From Pseudobacteriovorax sp. (GTDB lineage Bacteria > Bdellovibrionota_B > Oligoflexia > Oligoflexales > Oligoflexaceae), in assembly GCA_050293845.1 (NCBI GenBank), contig JBNKNM010000010.1, positions 1 to 64,000 of the forward strand: DNA of 64,000 nucleotides, in the 5' to 3' direction. Shown here in pieces: positions 18,893 to 30,057 of the stretch. The notes beneath the pieces were generated by a model. It ran no database searches. It was not told where the DNA came from and worked only from the letters and a program-made list of their open reading frames with translations. The translations under genes were made by a program, and so were the position numbers. Numbering within the stretch: the stretch's first letter is position 1; every line of letters begins with the position of its first letter.

Positions 18893-20047
18893 ATGAACTA
18901 TATAAGCAACATGCTGTGTGCTATCTTTCTGGTTTTCTCCTGCATTACCGGAATAGCTAAAGTCAAACAACTCACCCTTGCAGCCGTACATGTGGAAGGG
19001 TCGGCGCGACTGCCGAAAAATTTTTTAGAAAAAGAGCTGTTCTTGACCAAAGGTCAGAACTTAACAGCCAGCATGATCGAGGATATACAGCTTAAACTCT
19101 ATGGTTTGGGTTTATTCAAGTCAGTTCTGGTGAGCCTCGAAAAAACTCCAGTGCGGGGTGTGGTTAACCTCAATATTGAATTGGAGGACGACCCTACCGT
19201 GCTGGGAGCATGGGCATGGGGGGGAACCCTTAAAATGACCCACGGCGAGGCTAGCACCCAAACACTGACTGAAGATCAGCCTCCCTTGGGTTTTAGTGGG
19301 GAGCTGGTCTCTAGAAATCTTTTTTGCAGCTTACACCGCGGCCAAGTTTTCATCGACATTGACTCCCGTGGAGTCTACCGCAATGTTTCTGCATCCTATG
19401 GATTTCCTCGGTTTTCTCGAGAAGGGGTACAGTTTGATGCGAACATTCGCGTCACAGATGTGGAACATCGCTACTGGGATGCCATCGGTTTTGGTAGTGA
19501 AGGCAGCGCTATCTGGAATTACGACATTGGCTATGGCACTTTTAAATATGGTCTTGCCATACTTGCCAATCGTCCGCCACGATTTACCGTCCCAGGATTT
19601 CCCAGCTCTCTAGCCGGACCCCGGTTTTCCTTTGAAAGGGAAACGCGGCTTCATCGTTTTTTGCCAACTCCTGGCTACAGAATCCAGCCTTCATTGCTGC
19701 TGACTCCAGGAAATTATGACAAATCTGTTCTCCGAATTGATGGAGCGAGCACCCATCGCTTGGCTGATGCCATCATTACCTTCTCCGGAACCTTGCAGGC
19801 GGTGGGGAGCGAAGGTTTTTCGAGCAGAGTCTCATCCCAAATTGACATCCCTTTAGACCAGCAACACGATCAAGGAGCTATGTACCTTAATATCCGCTAT
19901 GGTCATGACTCTATGGACCAGCAAGACATCTGGGGACGTTCTTTGACTCTTGGACTCAGATACCATAGCTTTGGTTTTATTGCAGAGTTTGCTGTAAAAG
20001 TAACGGATGCTCCGCGTCTCGATCAGTTCGATGAGGGGGGCTTATGA
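18893..20047 (+). CDS. Single-POTRA outer-membrane beta-barrel protein (Omp85-like, small)
   Basis: Signal peptide; POTRA pattern 'VHVEG..R....KL.GLGLFKSV.V....VNLNIELED'; the remainder is beta-strand-rich. Confidence 0.7.
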   Translation: MNYISNMLCAIFLVFSCITGIAKVKQLTLAAVHVEGSARLPKNFLEKELFLTKGQNLTASMIEDIQLKLYGLGLFKSVLVSLEKTPVRGVVNLNIELEDDPTVLGAWAWGGTLKMTHGEASTQTLTEDQPPLGFSGELVSRNLFCSLHRGQVFIDIDSRGVYRNVSASYGFPRFSREGVQFDANIRVTDVEHRYWDAIGFGSEGSAIWNYDIGYGTFKYGLAILANRPPRFTVPGFPSSLAGPRFSFERETRLHRFLPTPGYRIQPSLLLTPGNYDKSVLRIDGASTHRLADAIITFSGTLQAVGSEGFSSRVSSQIDIPLDQQHDQGAMYLNIRYGHDSMDQQDIWGRSLTLGLRYHSFGFIAEFAVKVTDAPRLDQFDEGGL

Positions 20048-20643
20048 CAAGACACCTCCTCTTAGCCTATTGCTTGCTTAGCTTTAATAGTGCTACATTA
20101 AGGGCTCAATCAATTTCGTCCACATGGCAGAAATCATCTGATAACGGAAGTTTTTTTGTTGTTGATCCTAGCCCCTATCTGTCGCGCAAACAAAAAAAAC
20201 TGATCTACTCGGGTTTTCCTGCCTATAGTCTTATGTCTTTAATAGTAGATATTAGCAGCACCGAGCATATTGTGAAGCAATTTAGTTGTGCTATCGAGTA
20301 TGATTTGTGGGAAGAACGCCTTACGCTATTGTATTCTTCTGAGCCCCCCCGGTATGCAATCAAGACTAGCCAAGATTATTTTGATCATTGTCTATCATTT
20401 AGTCTCAATAACAGCCCTCAGATCCGCACTCTCTTAAAAGGGCGATCACTCCTTAAGCTACGGGTTGTCTTCACGCAAATTTCTGGAAAAACCAACTCCC
20501 AGATAACTAGCTGGCTCGTGCAGCAGCAGTCTACAGTCATCAAAGGATTATTTTCTCACATGCTGGGTGAACTGAAACTCGAAGAAGCTCAGGAGTTTGA
20601 AGTGGTACTCCCCGAGCTGACACAGCCTCCTTCAGGAAAGTAA
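20044..20643 (+). CDS. Periplasmic protein, DUF4390-like
   Basis: Signal peptide; 'SGFP...C.IEYDLWEE' pattern; sits immediately before an NtrY-like kinase. Confidence 0.55.
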   Translation: MTRHLLLAYCLLSFNSATLRAQSISSTWQKSSDNGSFFVVDPSPYLSRKQKKLIYSGFPAYSLMSLIVDISSTEHIVKQFSCAIEYDLWEERLTLLYSSEPPRYAIKTSQDYFDHCLSFSLNNSPQIRTLLKGRSLLKLRVVFTQISGKTNSQITSWLVQQQSTVIKGLFSHMLGELKLEEAQEFEVVLPELTQPPSGK

Positions 20644-20646
20644 ATT

Positions 20647-22092
20647 ATGGCAAGCAATCTCAAATGGCGCCACATATCAGTGGTTAAGGCGGTAGGATTA
20701 GCTGTACTTATTATTGTATGTGGCTACGGGGCCAGCTTAACTGTAGTCGTGCAAGCTCTGCACTCCCTACGACCCTTGATTTATGACTATGAAATCGAGG
20801 ACTCTCTCGAAAAAGACCTGTCGCGCATTAAAGAGCAAGACCGCCTTCAGAGACGTTTACTGTCTTACCTTCTGCGCGATGAGTTTGAGGGGCAAACGAA
20901 GATTTCGGTGGAACGGCTTAAGGCCTTTTTAGCCACTATTGATCTACCAGACTCGTCGTTACTGGGGATGATTTCACTCACCTCCGATCCTAAGGGTTCC
21001 CAGATACAATGGAACAGCCCTACGGAGCTACAAGTCCTCAATGTAAAAGCGGAACTCCCTTTGCATGCTGTAAAAATGCGATTTGATCATGTACGACTGC
21101 TCAAGCAGCGCTATCAGCTCATTCGTGGCACTTGGGATAATCAAATTGGCCCCACATTCATTGCAGTGCACCTAATCATTCTTGCTACAACATTTACCCT
21201 CTTAGGTGGCGCTTTATTTACTTTAGTACAGCGATATCAGAAACGAATAAAGCTGCTGCTTCAAGGTTTTGAAACCTGGTCGGCAAGCTCTCCTGGCTTT
21301 CGCTTTGACCCGGACCAGTTTAAAGACGAACTTTCCCTAATTTCCACGCAATTTAACACCATGGCAGACGAAGTGGAGGTCAATCGCAAGCGTACTTTGT
21401 ATTTGGAAAAGATGGCTTCCTGGCAAACGATGGCACGCAAAATGGCTCATGAAATTAAAAATCCCTTAACCCCCATCAAAATGATGGTCTCCCATCTTGT
21501 ACGTAAATATGACGGCAGTAGTGTCACCTATCAAAAAACCCTGGAAGACTCCCAACAAATTATTATTGAGGAAGTGAATAGTCTAAGACGCATGGTGGAC
21601 TCCTTTTCAAAGTTTGCTCAGCTCCCGGAGCCCCATTTTGAAGACCACGATCTGTTACAGCTCTGCCAGCATGTAGCCGAAATGCAACAAGCCGCCTTTC
21701 CCCATCACAAAATCCAGTGTGAATCAAATCTAAGCTCTGCAATCGTACTTATAGACCCTCAGCTAATACGGCAGGTTATCGTCAATATCACTAAGAATGC
21801 CGCAGAAGCTTGTGATGATAGTCATATTACCATCCATATTTTCCAGTTCCCTAAACAATATCAGGTTGATATTGTCGATGACGGTCCAGGGATTCCCAAA
21901 GACATACTGCCCCGTATTTTTGAGGCTTACTTCACAACTAAGCACACAGGAAGCACTGCTGGCATGGGCTTAGGTCTTGCAATTTGTAAGAAAATTGTAT
22001 TGGATCATGGGGGAGAGTTGGTGGTAGCAAGCCAACCAGGTGAAACACGATTTACCCTCACCATCCCCAAGCAAAATTTTTCAAATTACTGA
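20647..22092 (+). CDS. Sensor histidine kinase, NtrY-like
   Basis: Two TM helices, HAMP, WQTMARKMAHEIKNPLTPI, DDGPGI, YFTTK, GMGLGLAI. Confidence 0.92.
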   Translation: MASNLKWRHISVVKAVGLAVLIIVCGYGASLTVVVQALHSLRPLIYDYEIEDSLEKDLSRIKEQDRLQRRLLSYLLRDEFEGQTKISVERLKAFLATIDLPDSSLLGMISLTSDPKGSQIQWNSPTELQVLNVKAELPLHAVKMRFDHVRLLKQRYQLIRGTWDNQIGPTFIAVHLIILATTFTLLGGALFTLVQRYQKRIKLLLQGFETWSASSPGFRFDPDQFKDELSLISTQFNTMADEVEVNRKRTLYLEKMASWQTMARKMAHEIKNPLTPIKMMVSHLVRKYDGSSVTYQKTLEDSQQIIIEEVNSLRRMVDSFSKFAQLPEPHFEDHDLLQLCQHVAEMQQAAFPHHKIQCESNLSSAIVLIDPQLIRQVIVNITKNAAEACDDSHITIHIFQFPKQYQVDIVDDGPGIPKDILPRIFEAYFTTKHTGSTAGMGLGLAICKKIVLDHGGELVVASQPGETRFTLTIPKQNFSNY

Positions 22093-22110
22093 AGTTTAGA
22101 GGAATTACCA

Positions 22111-23580
22111 ATGGCTGATCAATCTGCTACAAAGTCCATTGCCGGAAGCCGTATTCTGGTCATTGATGACCATCGCAACATTCGCTTATCCCTAAAAATG
22201 ACTCTGGAAGGTGAGGGAGCTAGGGTTACAGAGGCTGAAACCTATGCCCAAGCCCTCATCGCCCTTGGCAACCCTCGTAAGGGTCAGGAGCTTCCTTTCG
22301 ATATCATCCTTCTGGATATTCGCCTACCCGATGGTAGCGGCATGGATGTATTACGACTGCTATCCCATCATCAGCATGCTTCCCAAGTCATCATGATCTC
22401 TGGTGAAGGAACTGTAAAAGAAGCTTTCGAAGCCACAAAGCTTGGGGCTTTCGATTACATTGAAAAGCCCTTTGTCCCCGAAAGAATTCTAGTCAGTATT
22501 GGCAGATGTTTAGATTTTAATAATATCCAATCAGCCAACCAAAAACTCCATCAACAGGTGCTCAAAGGACGCGAAATTTTAGGAAACACCCCAGCAGTAG
22601 TGGAGTTGCGAAATTTGATTTCCCGAGTAGCCCCCACTAATGGCCGCGTTCTCATCTTAGGGGAAAGTGGCACGGGGAAAGAGCTTATCGCGCGCAGCAT
22701 CCATCGCGAGTCAAGCCGTAAGAGTAAGCCATTAGTAAAAGTCAACTGTGCTGCTATTCCTCATTCCCTAGTAGAAAGTGAGCTTTTTGGCCATGAAAAA
22801 GGTGCCTTTACCGGTGCGACAAAGTCTAGAAAAGGCCTCTTTGAGCAAGCCGATGGTGGCACTCTTTTCCTAGATGAAATTGGTGAATTAGATCTCAACA
22901 TCCAAGCCAAACTGCTCCGGGTCCTACAAAGTGCTGACATCATCCCCGTAGGATCTGAGAAAACGATCAAGGTTGATGTTAGGTTGATTGCTGCGACCCA
23001 TCGCGACCTGGAAGGGATGATCAGTAACGGAGAATTTAGGGAAGATTTATTCTATCGCCTGAATGTGGTGACTATACACTCTCCACCCCTAAGAGACCGT
23101 AAAGAAGACATCCCTGGATTAGCAGAGCGGTTTCTTGTAGATTCTTGTGAAGAACATTCGGTTGGCTCACGAGTCCTGAGCCCCCGTGCTATGGCTCAGC
23201 TTAGCGCTTATCATTGGCCTGGCAACATCCGCGAATTAAAAAATGTCATCGAAAGGGAAGTCATTTTAGCAGAGTCCCAGGAAATCGACTCCATTTCCAA
23301 GCTTCCCACTCCCCAGAATAAAAAGTCAGCGTCTCTAGCACCTCCCTCTGCTAATCACGCTGCTGATCAAAGGGAAGATCAGCAGTTTTCCTTTTCATCG
23401 CCTGTCGTTCCTTGGCAAGAGCTACATCATGCCATCGGGCGAAGCTATATTAAGTTTGTTTTACGTCAAGCCCAGGGTAATGTAAGCGAAGCAGCACGGA
23501 CTCTATGCCTTGAAAGGGCCTACTTACATCGATTGATGAAAAAATTAGGTATCCAAAGAGGTATAGTCGTGACAGATTGA
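22111..23580 (+). CDS. Sigma-54-dependent response regulator, NtrX-like
   Basis: LLDIRLPD, MISG, GESGTGKE, GAFTGA, WPGNIREL, LERAYLHR HTH. Confidence 0.93.
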   Translation: MADQSATKSIAGSRILVIDDHRNIRLSLKMTLEGEGARVTEAETYAQALIALGNPRKGQELPFDIILLDIRLPDGSGMDVLRLLSHHQHASQVIMISGEGTVKEAFEATKLGAFDYIEKPFVPERILVSIGRCLDFNNIQSANQKLHQQVLKGREILGNTPAVVELRNLISRVAPTNGRVLILGESGTGKELIARSIHRESSRKSKPLVKVNCAAIPHSLVESELFGHEKGAFTGATKSRKGLFEQADGGTLFLDEIGELDLNIQAKLLRVLQSADIIPVGSEKTIKVDVRLIAATHRDLEGMISNGEFREDLFYRLNVVTIHSPPLRDRKEDIPGLAERFLVDSCEEHSVGSRVLSPRAMAQLSAYHWPGNIRELKNVIEREVILAESQEIDSISKLPTPQNKKSASLAPPSANHAADQREDQQFSFSSPVVPWQELHHAIGRSYIKFVLRQAQGNVSEAARTLCLERAYLHRLMKKLGIQRGIVVTD

Positions 23581-23663
23581 CATTACAGTTAAATCATAGT
23601 ATTGAGTTTTCTCCCAATTTGATTAATCGCTGCGCTTTTGTTGCGTACTATCGGAGTTGAAGC

Positions 23664-24611
23664 ATGAATGAAATATATCTTTATACGGCTATAGCCATCG
23701 CCATAGTCACCACTTTGTACGCTTTTGCCACACGCAAACAGTTGGCTACGCAAAAAGCCTTAGCTGCAGAAGCAGCCGAAAAAGTAACCCGCCAAGAAAA
23801 GCGGTTACAAAAATTAGAAAGCAGCAACAATAGCCTGCAACAAAGCTTGGACCAGCTCCGTCAGAGTCAAAAAAATGTTGATAAAAGATTAGAGGAGACA
23901 CGTAAAAAATTACATGAAAAGGATGCTGAAATCGTAGCTGCCGTAAAGGCAGGAGAAGAGAAATCGGCATCGACAAAACGCCAATTAGACCATATACAAG
24001 AGCATAGCCAGGCCCTGACTGAGCAGCTAGCTGCAGCGGTACGAGATAAAAAGGAACTGGGAGACGAATTAGAAAAGTTAAAAACAAATGCGAAGAAGAT
24101 ATCGGCTGAAGAACTAAAGGCTATAAAAGGCGAACAAGATAAGTCGCTAAAAATGATAAACCAGCTAAAAAAGGAGAAGAAGTCTCTTCATGCCGACAAT
24201 GAAAAACTGCGTGAGATTCTTGGTAAAGTGAACCCCGGTGAACTAAAACGAATGAAAACAAGACTTTCACGTACCGAACAACTATACCGCAGCATGAAAG
24301 GCCTTCGAGAAATGGCCGAAGAGAGAAATCAGAATTGGGAAACAGCCCTGAGAATTCTAGCGACCCACATAACCGATGCGAATGATGCCGCCAGTTTGGG
24401 TACAGGTTCCCTCGTTGGTATGGCTCTAGAGCAAATCGGCGCACACCTAGTTCTTGATGAACATACAAGCTCAGAAGAACAACCTACCCAAGAAGAAAAT
24501 AACTCACCAGCAGTTGAATTACAGCAGAAGAATACTGCTAGTGAAGGTGAATCAGAAGAAGACTCCATCGTCAACGACAATGCTGCAACAGAGAATTTAA
24601 ACCCACTATGA
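23664..24611 (+). CDS. Membrane-anchored coiled-coil protein with an acidic tail
   Basis: N-terminal TM helix, about 200 aa of heptad-rich sequence, E/S/N-rich C-terminus. Confidence 0.75.
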   Translation: MNEIYLYTAIAIAIVTTLYAFATRKQLATQKALAAEAAEKVTRQEKRLQKLESSNNSLQQSLDQLRQSQKNVDKRLEETRKKLHEKDAEIVAAVKAGEEKSASTKRQLDHIQEHSQALTEQLAAAVRDKKELGDELEKLKTNAKKISAEELKAIKGEQDKSLKMINQLKKEKKSLHADNEKLREILGKVNPGELKRMKTRLSRTEQLYRSMKGLREMAEERNQNWETALRILATHITDANDAASLGTGSLVGMALEQIGAHLVLDEHTSSEEQPTQEENNSPAVELQQKNTASEGESEEDSIVNDNAATENLNPL

Positions 24612-25306
24612 ACACCAAGATTTCCCTCACCCCTTATGGCTATCCTCGTGATGCCTGGGGGTTGCTATCCTCCCGTTTGACGGCAAAGCGGCGCCTTAAG
24701 ATGAAAGAAGTTGCTGCCAAGCGCACCAATCGTATTCGCTTGCTCCTCCAAGATATTCATGACCCCCATAACATTTCGGCATGCTTAAGATCTGCGGAAG
24801 CTTTTGGGATATACAATGTTGATCAGGTCAATCTCTACCAAAAGTTCCGTAAACCCAGTAAGGTGTCGCGAGGTAGTTACCACTGGTTGAAGCTCCACCG
24901 CTATACGAATATTGCAAGCTATGTGGAACAGTTCAAAGCACAAGGTTTTCGTATTGCTGCTGGTTTTCCTTCAGCATCAATGGTTATGGATGACATCCCC
25001 ATAACACAACCAGTCATCTTGCTTTTTGGCAACGAGCACCGTGGTGTCCATGGGGACTGGGAGAGTCATATCGACTATCGCTTTACTATACCGATGACAG
25101 GGATGGTTGAGAGCCTGAACATCTCCGTATCTACTGCTCTCGCCATGTATACCCTGTCCCAGAAAGCTCAAAAGACTCTGGCACCGGACCAATACTTTAT
25201 CTCCCCTGAAGAGCAAGAAAATTTACTTTGCGATTGGATTTGCTCCCATTGTCGCCAGTATGAGCAGCAACTGGCTATCTTGCGGCGCTCGGCTCACACA
25301 AATTGA
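24608..25306 (+). CDS. trmH: tRNA (guanosine-2'-O)-methyltransferase, SpoU/TrmH family
   Basis: DPHNISACLRSAEAFG, LFGNEHRG, IPMTGMVESLNISV. Confidence 0.88.
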   Translation: MNTKISLTPYGYPRDAWGLLSSRLTAKRRLKMKEVAAKRTNRIRLLLQDIHDPHNISACLRSAEAFGIYNVDQVNLYQKFRKPSKVSRGSYHWLKLHRYTNIASYVEQFKAQGFRIAAGFPSASMVMDDIPITQPVILLFGNEHRGVHGDWESHIDYRFTIPMTGMVESLNISVSTALAMYTLSQKAQKTLAPDQYFISPEEQENLLCDWICSHCRQYEQQLAILRRSAHTN

Positions 25307-25378
25307 AGTGGCACATCCCCATTTGATTTGATAAACCCAACTAACAATTACAGTCGCGATCCTAGCCAAGGAATATTC

Positions 25379-26131
25379 ATGCACAAACTTTTCACTATGG
25401 CGCTGATTTTAACTTTTCTTGGAACAAGCTGCTCCACAACTGAGATACCCTATGGTGTTCAGTCGGGTCAAATTGCATATATTCCTGCACGCATTGCCGT
25501 ATGGCCTTGCACACCCTGGCCCTACCAGACCCGGTACTACAGACAAACCTTGACCAATGTTAGTACCACAGAACTCAGTACTATTTGCACAGCTCTGGAT
25601 GCTTTTGTTATCAAAGGGTTTAAAAGCCAACCCTACATGAGGGGCCTGAGCCCTCAAGTGGTTAAAGGACTTTTAGATCGAGCGGGAGCGGCATCCATGC
25701 TCCAGGAGCTACCTGAGCAGTGGTCTTCCTCCCGATCTGCCAGCTGTGACTCCTGCAAAAACCCTGTAGACTTATATCATAATGTCATTTCTAATCTTGA
25801 AAGTTGGCAGCAATGGCTGAGTAAGCTAAGTCAACAGGTGTACAATGTAGACGCCCTCCTGGTCCCTTTTGTGATCTATGCCCGCCAGGGACGCATTGAC
25901 GATCGCGGTGTAGCAAAAGCGTACTACCGGATTGGTGTCACTTTGCTGCTCATCGATACGACCAGTGGCCGCCTGATTTGGGCTGGAGGTCGCGATGCGG
26001 AGGTATTAAATCGCAACCTTGACAGTCGAGATCAGCTGCAGAACGTAAAGTTCCCAAAATTCGATCAGGTTAAGGAACGTTTACTCGTAAAAGACATATG
26101 GCGTGAATTTCCAGGCCGGCAAAACTTTTGA
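25379..26131 (+). CDS. Putative lipoprotein (CsgG/DUF799-like alpha/beta fold)
   Basis: Lipobox GTSC; 'IGVTLLLIDTTSGRLIW' motif. Confidence 0.6.
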   Translation: MHKLFTMALILTFLGTSCSTTEIPYGVQSGQIAYIPARIAVWPCTPWPYQTRYYRQTLTNVSTTELSTICTALDAFVIKGFKSQPYMRGLSPQVVKGLLDRAGAASMLQELPEQWSSSRSASCDSCKNPVDLYHNVISNLESWQQWLSKLSQQVYNVDALLVPFVIYARQGRIDDRGVAKAYYRIGVTLLLIDTTSGRLIWAGGRDAEVLNRNLDSRDQLQNVKFPKFDQVKERLLVKDIWREFPGRQNF

Positions 26132-26156
26132 TTTATAGGATGAAGGAGAGGAGTCT

Positions 26157-27728
26157 ATGGATTTCAATGATAAGCGCGATGCCGCCTTTTCCCAATTGCG
26201 GGATATGCGTCTGCACGCATCTCTGGGAGGTGGTGAGAAGCGTATAGAATCTCAGCATAAAAGAGGCAAAATGACTGCAAGAGAGCGCATTCAGCTGCTT
26301 CTTGACTCAGGAAGCTTTACTGAGCTTGATGCCTTTGTCACCCATGACTGCCAGGACTTTGGCATGGAAGACAAGAAAATATTGGGTGATGGTGTTGTTA
26401 CTGGATACGGTACCATCGATGGCAGACTGGTCTATATTTTCTCCCAAGACTTCACTGTTTTTGGTGGCAGCTTAAGCCTTTCCTTTGCGAAGAAAATATG
26501 TAAAGTCATGGACTTAGCTCTTCAGAATGGAGCTCCGGTTATAGGCCTTAACGACTCGGGAGGTGCACGCATCCAGGAAGGGGTTGCCAGCCTTGGCGGA
26601 TATGCTGATATATTTCATCGCAATGTGATGTCCTCGGGAGTTATTCCACAGCTATCAGTGATACTAGGTCCCTGCGCAGGAGGTGCCGTATACTCTCCAG
26701 CCATGACCGACTTTGTTTTTATGGTGGATGACACCAGTCATATGTTTATTACCGGTCCGGAGGTTATTAAAACAGTAACAGGAGAAGAAGTTAGTTTTGA
26801 GGATCTCGGTGGTAGTAGAACCCATACTACAAAGAGTGGAGTTTGCGACCTACGGTTACCTGATGAGTCCTCAGCGATAGATGCCATCCGGCGATGGTTA
26901 TCTTATATTCCTTCCAATAACCTGGAGCAAGCCCCGCCTCATAATCACGATGAAGAGGACCAAACGATCACCGCTAAGCAAGCACAGTTGCGTGACATCG
27001 TCCCCCCCAATCCCAACCACCCCTATGATATGAGTGAAGTCATTCGCACCATCTGCGACCCTGACAGCTTTTTCGAAATTAAAAGTGAATACGCACCTAA
27101 TATTACAGTTGGGTTTGCGCGGCTTGCAGGGAGATCAGTTGGTATCATTGGTAATAACCCCAGCCATCTGGCAGGAGTTCTTGATATTGAGGCTTCAATC
27201 AAGGCCGCACGCTTTGTCCGTTTCTGTGATTGCTTTAATATCCCCTTAGTTACTTTTGTTGATGTTCCCGGATTCCTCCCCGGTACGGATCAGGAGCGTG
27301 GTGGCATTATTCGCCATGGCGCTAAGTTATTATATGCCTTTAGCGAGGCGACAGTTCCTAAATTTACAGTGATCACACGGAAGGCCTATGGTGGAGCCTA
27401 CGATGTAATGAATTCCAAGCATATCGGTGCAGATCTTAACTTGGCTTGGCCTCAAGCTGAAATTGCTGTTATGGGTGCAGAAGGAGCCTGCAATATCATT
27501 TTCCGTAACGAGATTAAAAGCTCCCAAGACCCTGCGACTACCAGGCAAGACCTCACCAATTCCTATGCATCCAAATTTGCCACACCTTATGAGGCAGCGA
27601 GAAAGGGCTACATAGATGCGGTGATATACCCTGAGGAAACTCGGGAACAACTCATAAAAGGTCTTAAATCCTGTTGTTCTAAGCGCGAAGCTAGACCCAA
27701 AAGAAAGCATGGGAATATTCCCCTTTAG
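26157..27728 (+). CDS. pccB: Acyl-CoA (propionyl-CoA-type) carboxylase carboxyltransferase subunit
   Basis: [46 protein letters not shown]. Confidence 0.92.
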   Translation: MDFNDKRDAAFSQLRDMRLHASLGGGEKRIESQHKRGKMTARERIQLLLDSGSFTELDAFVTHDCQDFGMEDKKILGDGVVTGYGTIDGRLVYIFSQDFTVFGGSLSLSFAKKICKVMDLALQNGAPVIGLNDSGGARIQEGVASLGGYADIFHRNVMSSGVIPQLSVILGPCAGGAVYSPAMTDFVFMVDDTSHMFITGPEVIKTVTGEEVSFEDLGGSRTHTTKSGVCDLRLPDESSAIDAIRRWLSYIPSNNLEQAPPHNHDEEDQTITAKQAQLRDIVPPNPNHPYDMSEVIRTICDPDSFFEIKSEYAPNITVGFARLAGRSVGIIGNNPSHLAGVLDIEASIKAARFVRFCDCFNIPLVTFVDVPGFLPGTDQERGGIIRHGAKLLYAFSEATVPKFTVITRKAYGGAYDVMNSKHIGADLNLAWPQAEIAVMGAEGACNIIFRNEIKSSQDPATTRQDLTNSYASKFATPYEAARKGYIDAVIYPEETREQLIKGLKSCCSKREARPKRKHGNIPL

Positions 27729-27882
27729 AGTAGGATTAACAGGTTTATCGACAGGGTCCGCCACAGGCGCGTCGTGTAAAGGTCGTTAAGCCGTTAAAAA
27801 AATCAGCCAATAAACTATTTGTGGGAGCCATACTTCTTTGAACATCTCCCACCTCTGGAATAGCCAGAACTCTGGAGTCATT

Positions 27883-29394
27883 ATGCAGAAGAATAACACT
27901 TTCCGTAAAGTACTCGTCGCCAATCGAGGCGAAATTGCCGTGCGTATCATTCGTACCCTGCGTGAACTCAATATCGCTAGCATCGCCGTATATTCCGATG
28001 CTGACGCCAACAGTCTACATCGTAAATTAGCTGACCATGCGATTCGCTTACCGGGGCGGACATCAGCAGAAACTTACTTGAATATACCGACTCTCCTTGA
28101 AGCGATCAAAATGAGTGAGGCCGATGGTGTCCATCCAGGGTATGGCTTCTTGTCTGAGAGTGCAGAGTTTTGCCAGCAAGTCACCGCGTTGGGTTGCAAG
28201 TTTATTGGACCGAGCTCGGAAGCTATGAAGACCATGGGTAACAAAGTGGCTGCCAAGGACCTGATGTTGCAGCACCAGATTCCCACAGTACCTGGTAGCA
28301 AGGGGCAGGTCCACTCCTTGGAAGAACTCCGTGAGGTTGTAGCAGAAATTGGCTACCCCATTATCTTAAAAGCCGCTGCAGGTGGTGGAGGTCGTGGTAT
28401 GCGTGAGGTATGGGACGATACGCAGCTCGGCGATGCCTTCACGGCCTGTTCTCGGGAAGCCCAGTCTTACTTTGGTGACCCAGCAGTTTTTGCCGAACGT
28501 TTTATTCAAAACCCCCGGCACATAGAAATACAGGTATTGTGCGACGGCAAGCAGGGAGTCCATCTTTTTGAAAGAGATTGCTCCATTCAACGTCGGCACC
28601 AAAAACTTATCGAGGAAGCCCCCTCATTGTATTTGAGCCCTGAAAACAGAGAAAGGTTAGGAACACTAGCTGTTACAGCTGCCCTTGCGGCGGGATATGA
28701 AGGGGTGGGCACTGTCGAATTCATCTGTGAATCCCCGGATAAATGCTACTTCATGGAAATGAATACCCGCATTCAGGTTGAGCACCCGGTTACGGAATTT
28801 ATCACCGGAGTCGACCTCATCAGAGAGCAAGTTCTTGTTGCCATGGGCCAAAGCCTCAGCTTGCAGCAAGACGATATTATATTAAGAGGTTGGGCCTTTG
28901 AGGCCCGCATCAATGCTGAAGACCCAACCCAAGACTTTTTACCAAATCCCGGTCTCATCGACCGCCTCACCCTTCCCAACGGTCCCTTTACCAGGGTTGA
29001 TACCCATATCTACGAGGGATACCTTATCCCTTCCGATTATGACTCGATGATTGCAAAAGTTATCGTCTGGGGAGCTACCAGGGATCAGGCCTTAGATCGT
29101 TTAAAAAGAGCACTTTCTGAATTAGAAATTGGTGGTGTTACCACCACAGCACGGTTTCACGAAGCTATCATAGATAATCCTAAGTTTAGATCGGGAGAGT
29201 TCGACACTGGATTTATCAGTAGTCAGATTACATCTCTTAAACAAGATATGTCGGCATACGATAGTGCAGGATTATCGAAAGCTTCATTAGTGGCAGCCGT
29301 ACTAACGCAAAAACCAAGCCCATCTGAACATCAGGGTGAGCAAAATAGAAAATCCTGGACCAAGATCGCCATCCAAGAAGGCCAAAACCAATAG
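27883..29394 (+). CDS. accC: Biotin carboxylase subunit
   Basis: KVLVANRGEIA, HPGYGFLSE, GGGGRGM, ERDCSIQRRHQK, EMNTRIQVEHPVTE. The start at 27883 follows GGAG. Confidence 0.93.
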   Translation: MQKNNTFRKVLVANRGEIAVRIIRTLRELNIASIAVYSDADANSLHRKLADHAIRLPGRTSAETYLNIPTLLEAIKMSEADGVHPGYGFLSESAEFCQQVTALGCKFIGPSSEAMKTMGNKVAAKDLMLQHQIPTVPGSKGQVHSLEELREVVAEIGYPIILKAAAGGGGRGMREVWDDTQLGDAFTACSREAQSYFGDPAVFAERFIQNPRHIEIQVLCDGKQGVHLFERDCSIQRRHQKLIEEAPSLYLSPENRERLGTLAVTAALAAGYEGVGTVEFICESPDKCYFMEMNTRIQVEHPVTEFITGVDLIREQVLVAMGQSLSLQQDDIILRGWAFEARINAEDPTQDFLPNPGLIDRLTLPNGPFTRVDTHIYEGYLIPSDYDSMIAKVIVWGATRDQALDRLKRALSELEIGGVTTTARFHEAIIDNPKFRSGEFDTGFISSQITSLKQDMSAYDSAGLSKASLVAAVLTQKPSPSEHQGEQNRKSWTKIAIQEGQNQ

Positions 29395-29403
29395 AGGGAA
29401 GCC

Positions 29404-29976
29404 ATGCGCTGGGAAATCAAATTCGAGAAACAAGACGCTATAGTTGTTAAGCTACCAAACGACCTTGGTTATGATACATGGGTTCCTGTTGAAATCGGGG
29501 ACTCATGCTTCGAACTGCAGTGGCACTCTATGTTCCAAAACTTTTTTCTGCGAGATGATAAGGGATTAGAACACTCTATAAAGGTTCGAAGTTCTGAGCT
29601 AAAACGCTTTCCTGGAGACAGCGAATATACTTGCCACTTAGAATTAGCGATGCCTGGAGCGCTTCTGATAAATCGACTGGAGGCCACCGTAGAACCCTAC
29701 GTACCAGGGGGAGCTTTTCGAAAAAAAGAAGGAGAACAGGGTGGAGCTATCATGCGTTCTCCTATGGTTGGTAAGATCCTCCAGGTACTAGTGGCCGATG
29801 GCAATTATGTTACAAAAAACCAGGAACTCTGCATTATTGAAGCGATGAAAATGGAAAACAAGATCCTAGCCCCCGTCAATGGAGTAGTCGCGGCAACAAA
29901 AATCAAATTAGGAGATCATGTGGGAATCGGTGACCAACTTATGAAAATCGAAGCTCCCCCCGCTAAGGAATCATAG
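29404..29976 (+). CDS. Biotin carboxyl carrier protein with an N-terminal extension
   Basis: SPMVGK and the EAMKMEN biotinylation motif. Confidence 0.9.
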   Translation: MRWEIKFEKQDAIVVKLPNDLGYDTWVPVEIGDSCFELQWHSMFQNFFLRDDKGLEHSIKVRSSELKRFPGDSEYTCHLELAMPGALLINRLEATVEPYVPGGAFRKKEGEQGGAIMRSPMVGKILQVLVADGNYVTKNQELCIIEAMKMENKILAPVNGVVAATKIKLGDHVGIGDQLMKIEAPPAKES

Positions 29977-29994
29977 CCCCAACTGGGGGGCGAA

Positions 29995-30033
29995 TAAAAA
30001 GACAACGCACCCTATGACAAGGAAGGGTGCGTT
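29995..30033 (-). terminator. Terminator hairpin between convergent genes
   Basis: AACGCACCCT-N10-AGGGTGCGTT (30004-30033), followed by a T-tract on the minus strand. A second GC hairpin lies near 29976-29991. Confidence 0.65.
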
Positions 30034-30057
30034 TAACCTAAACCTTTGCGTCACTTA

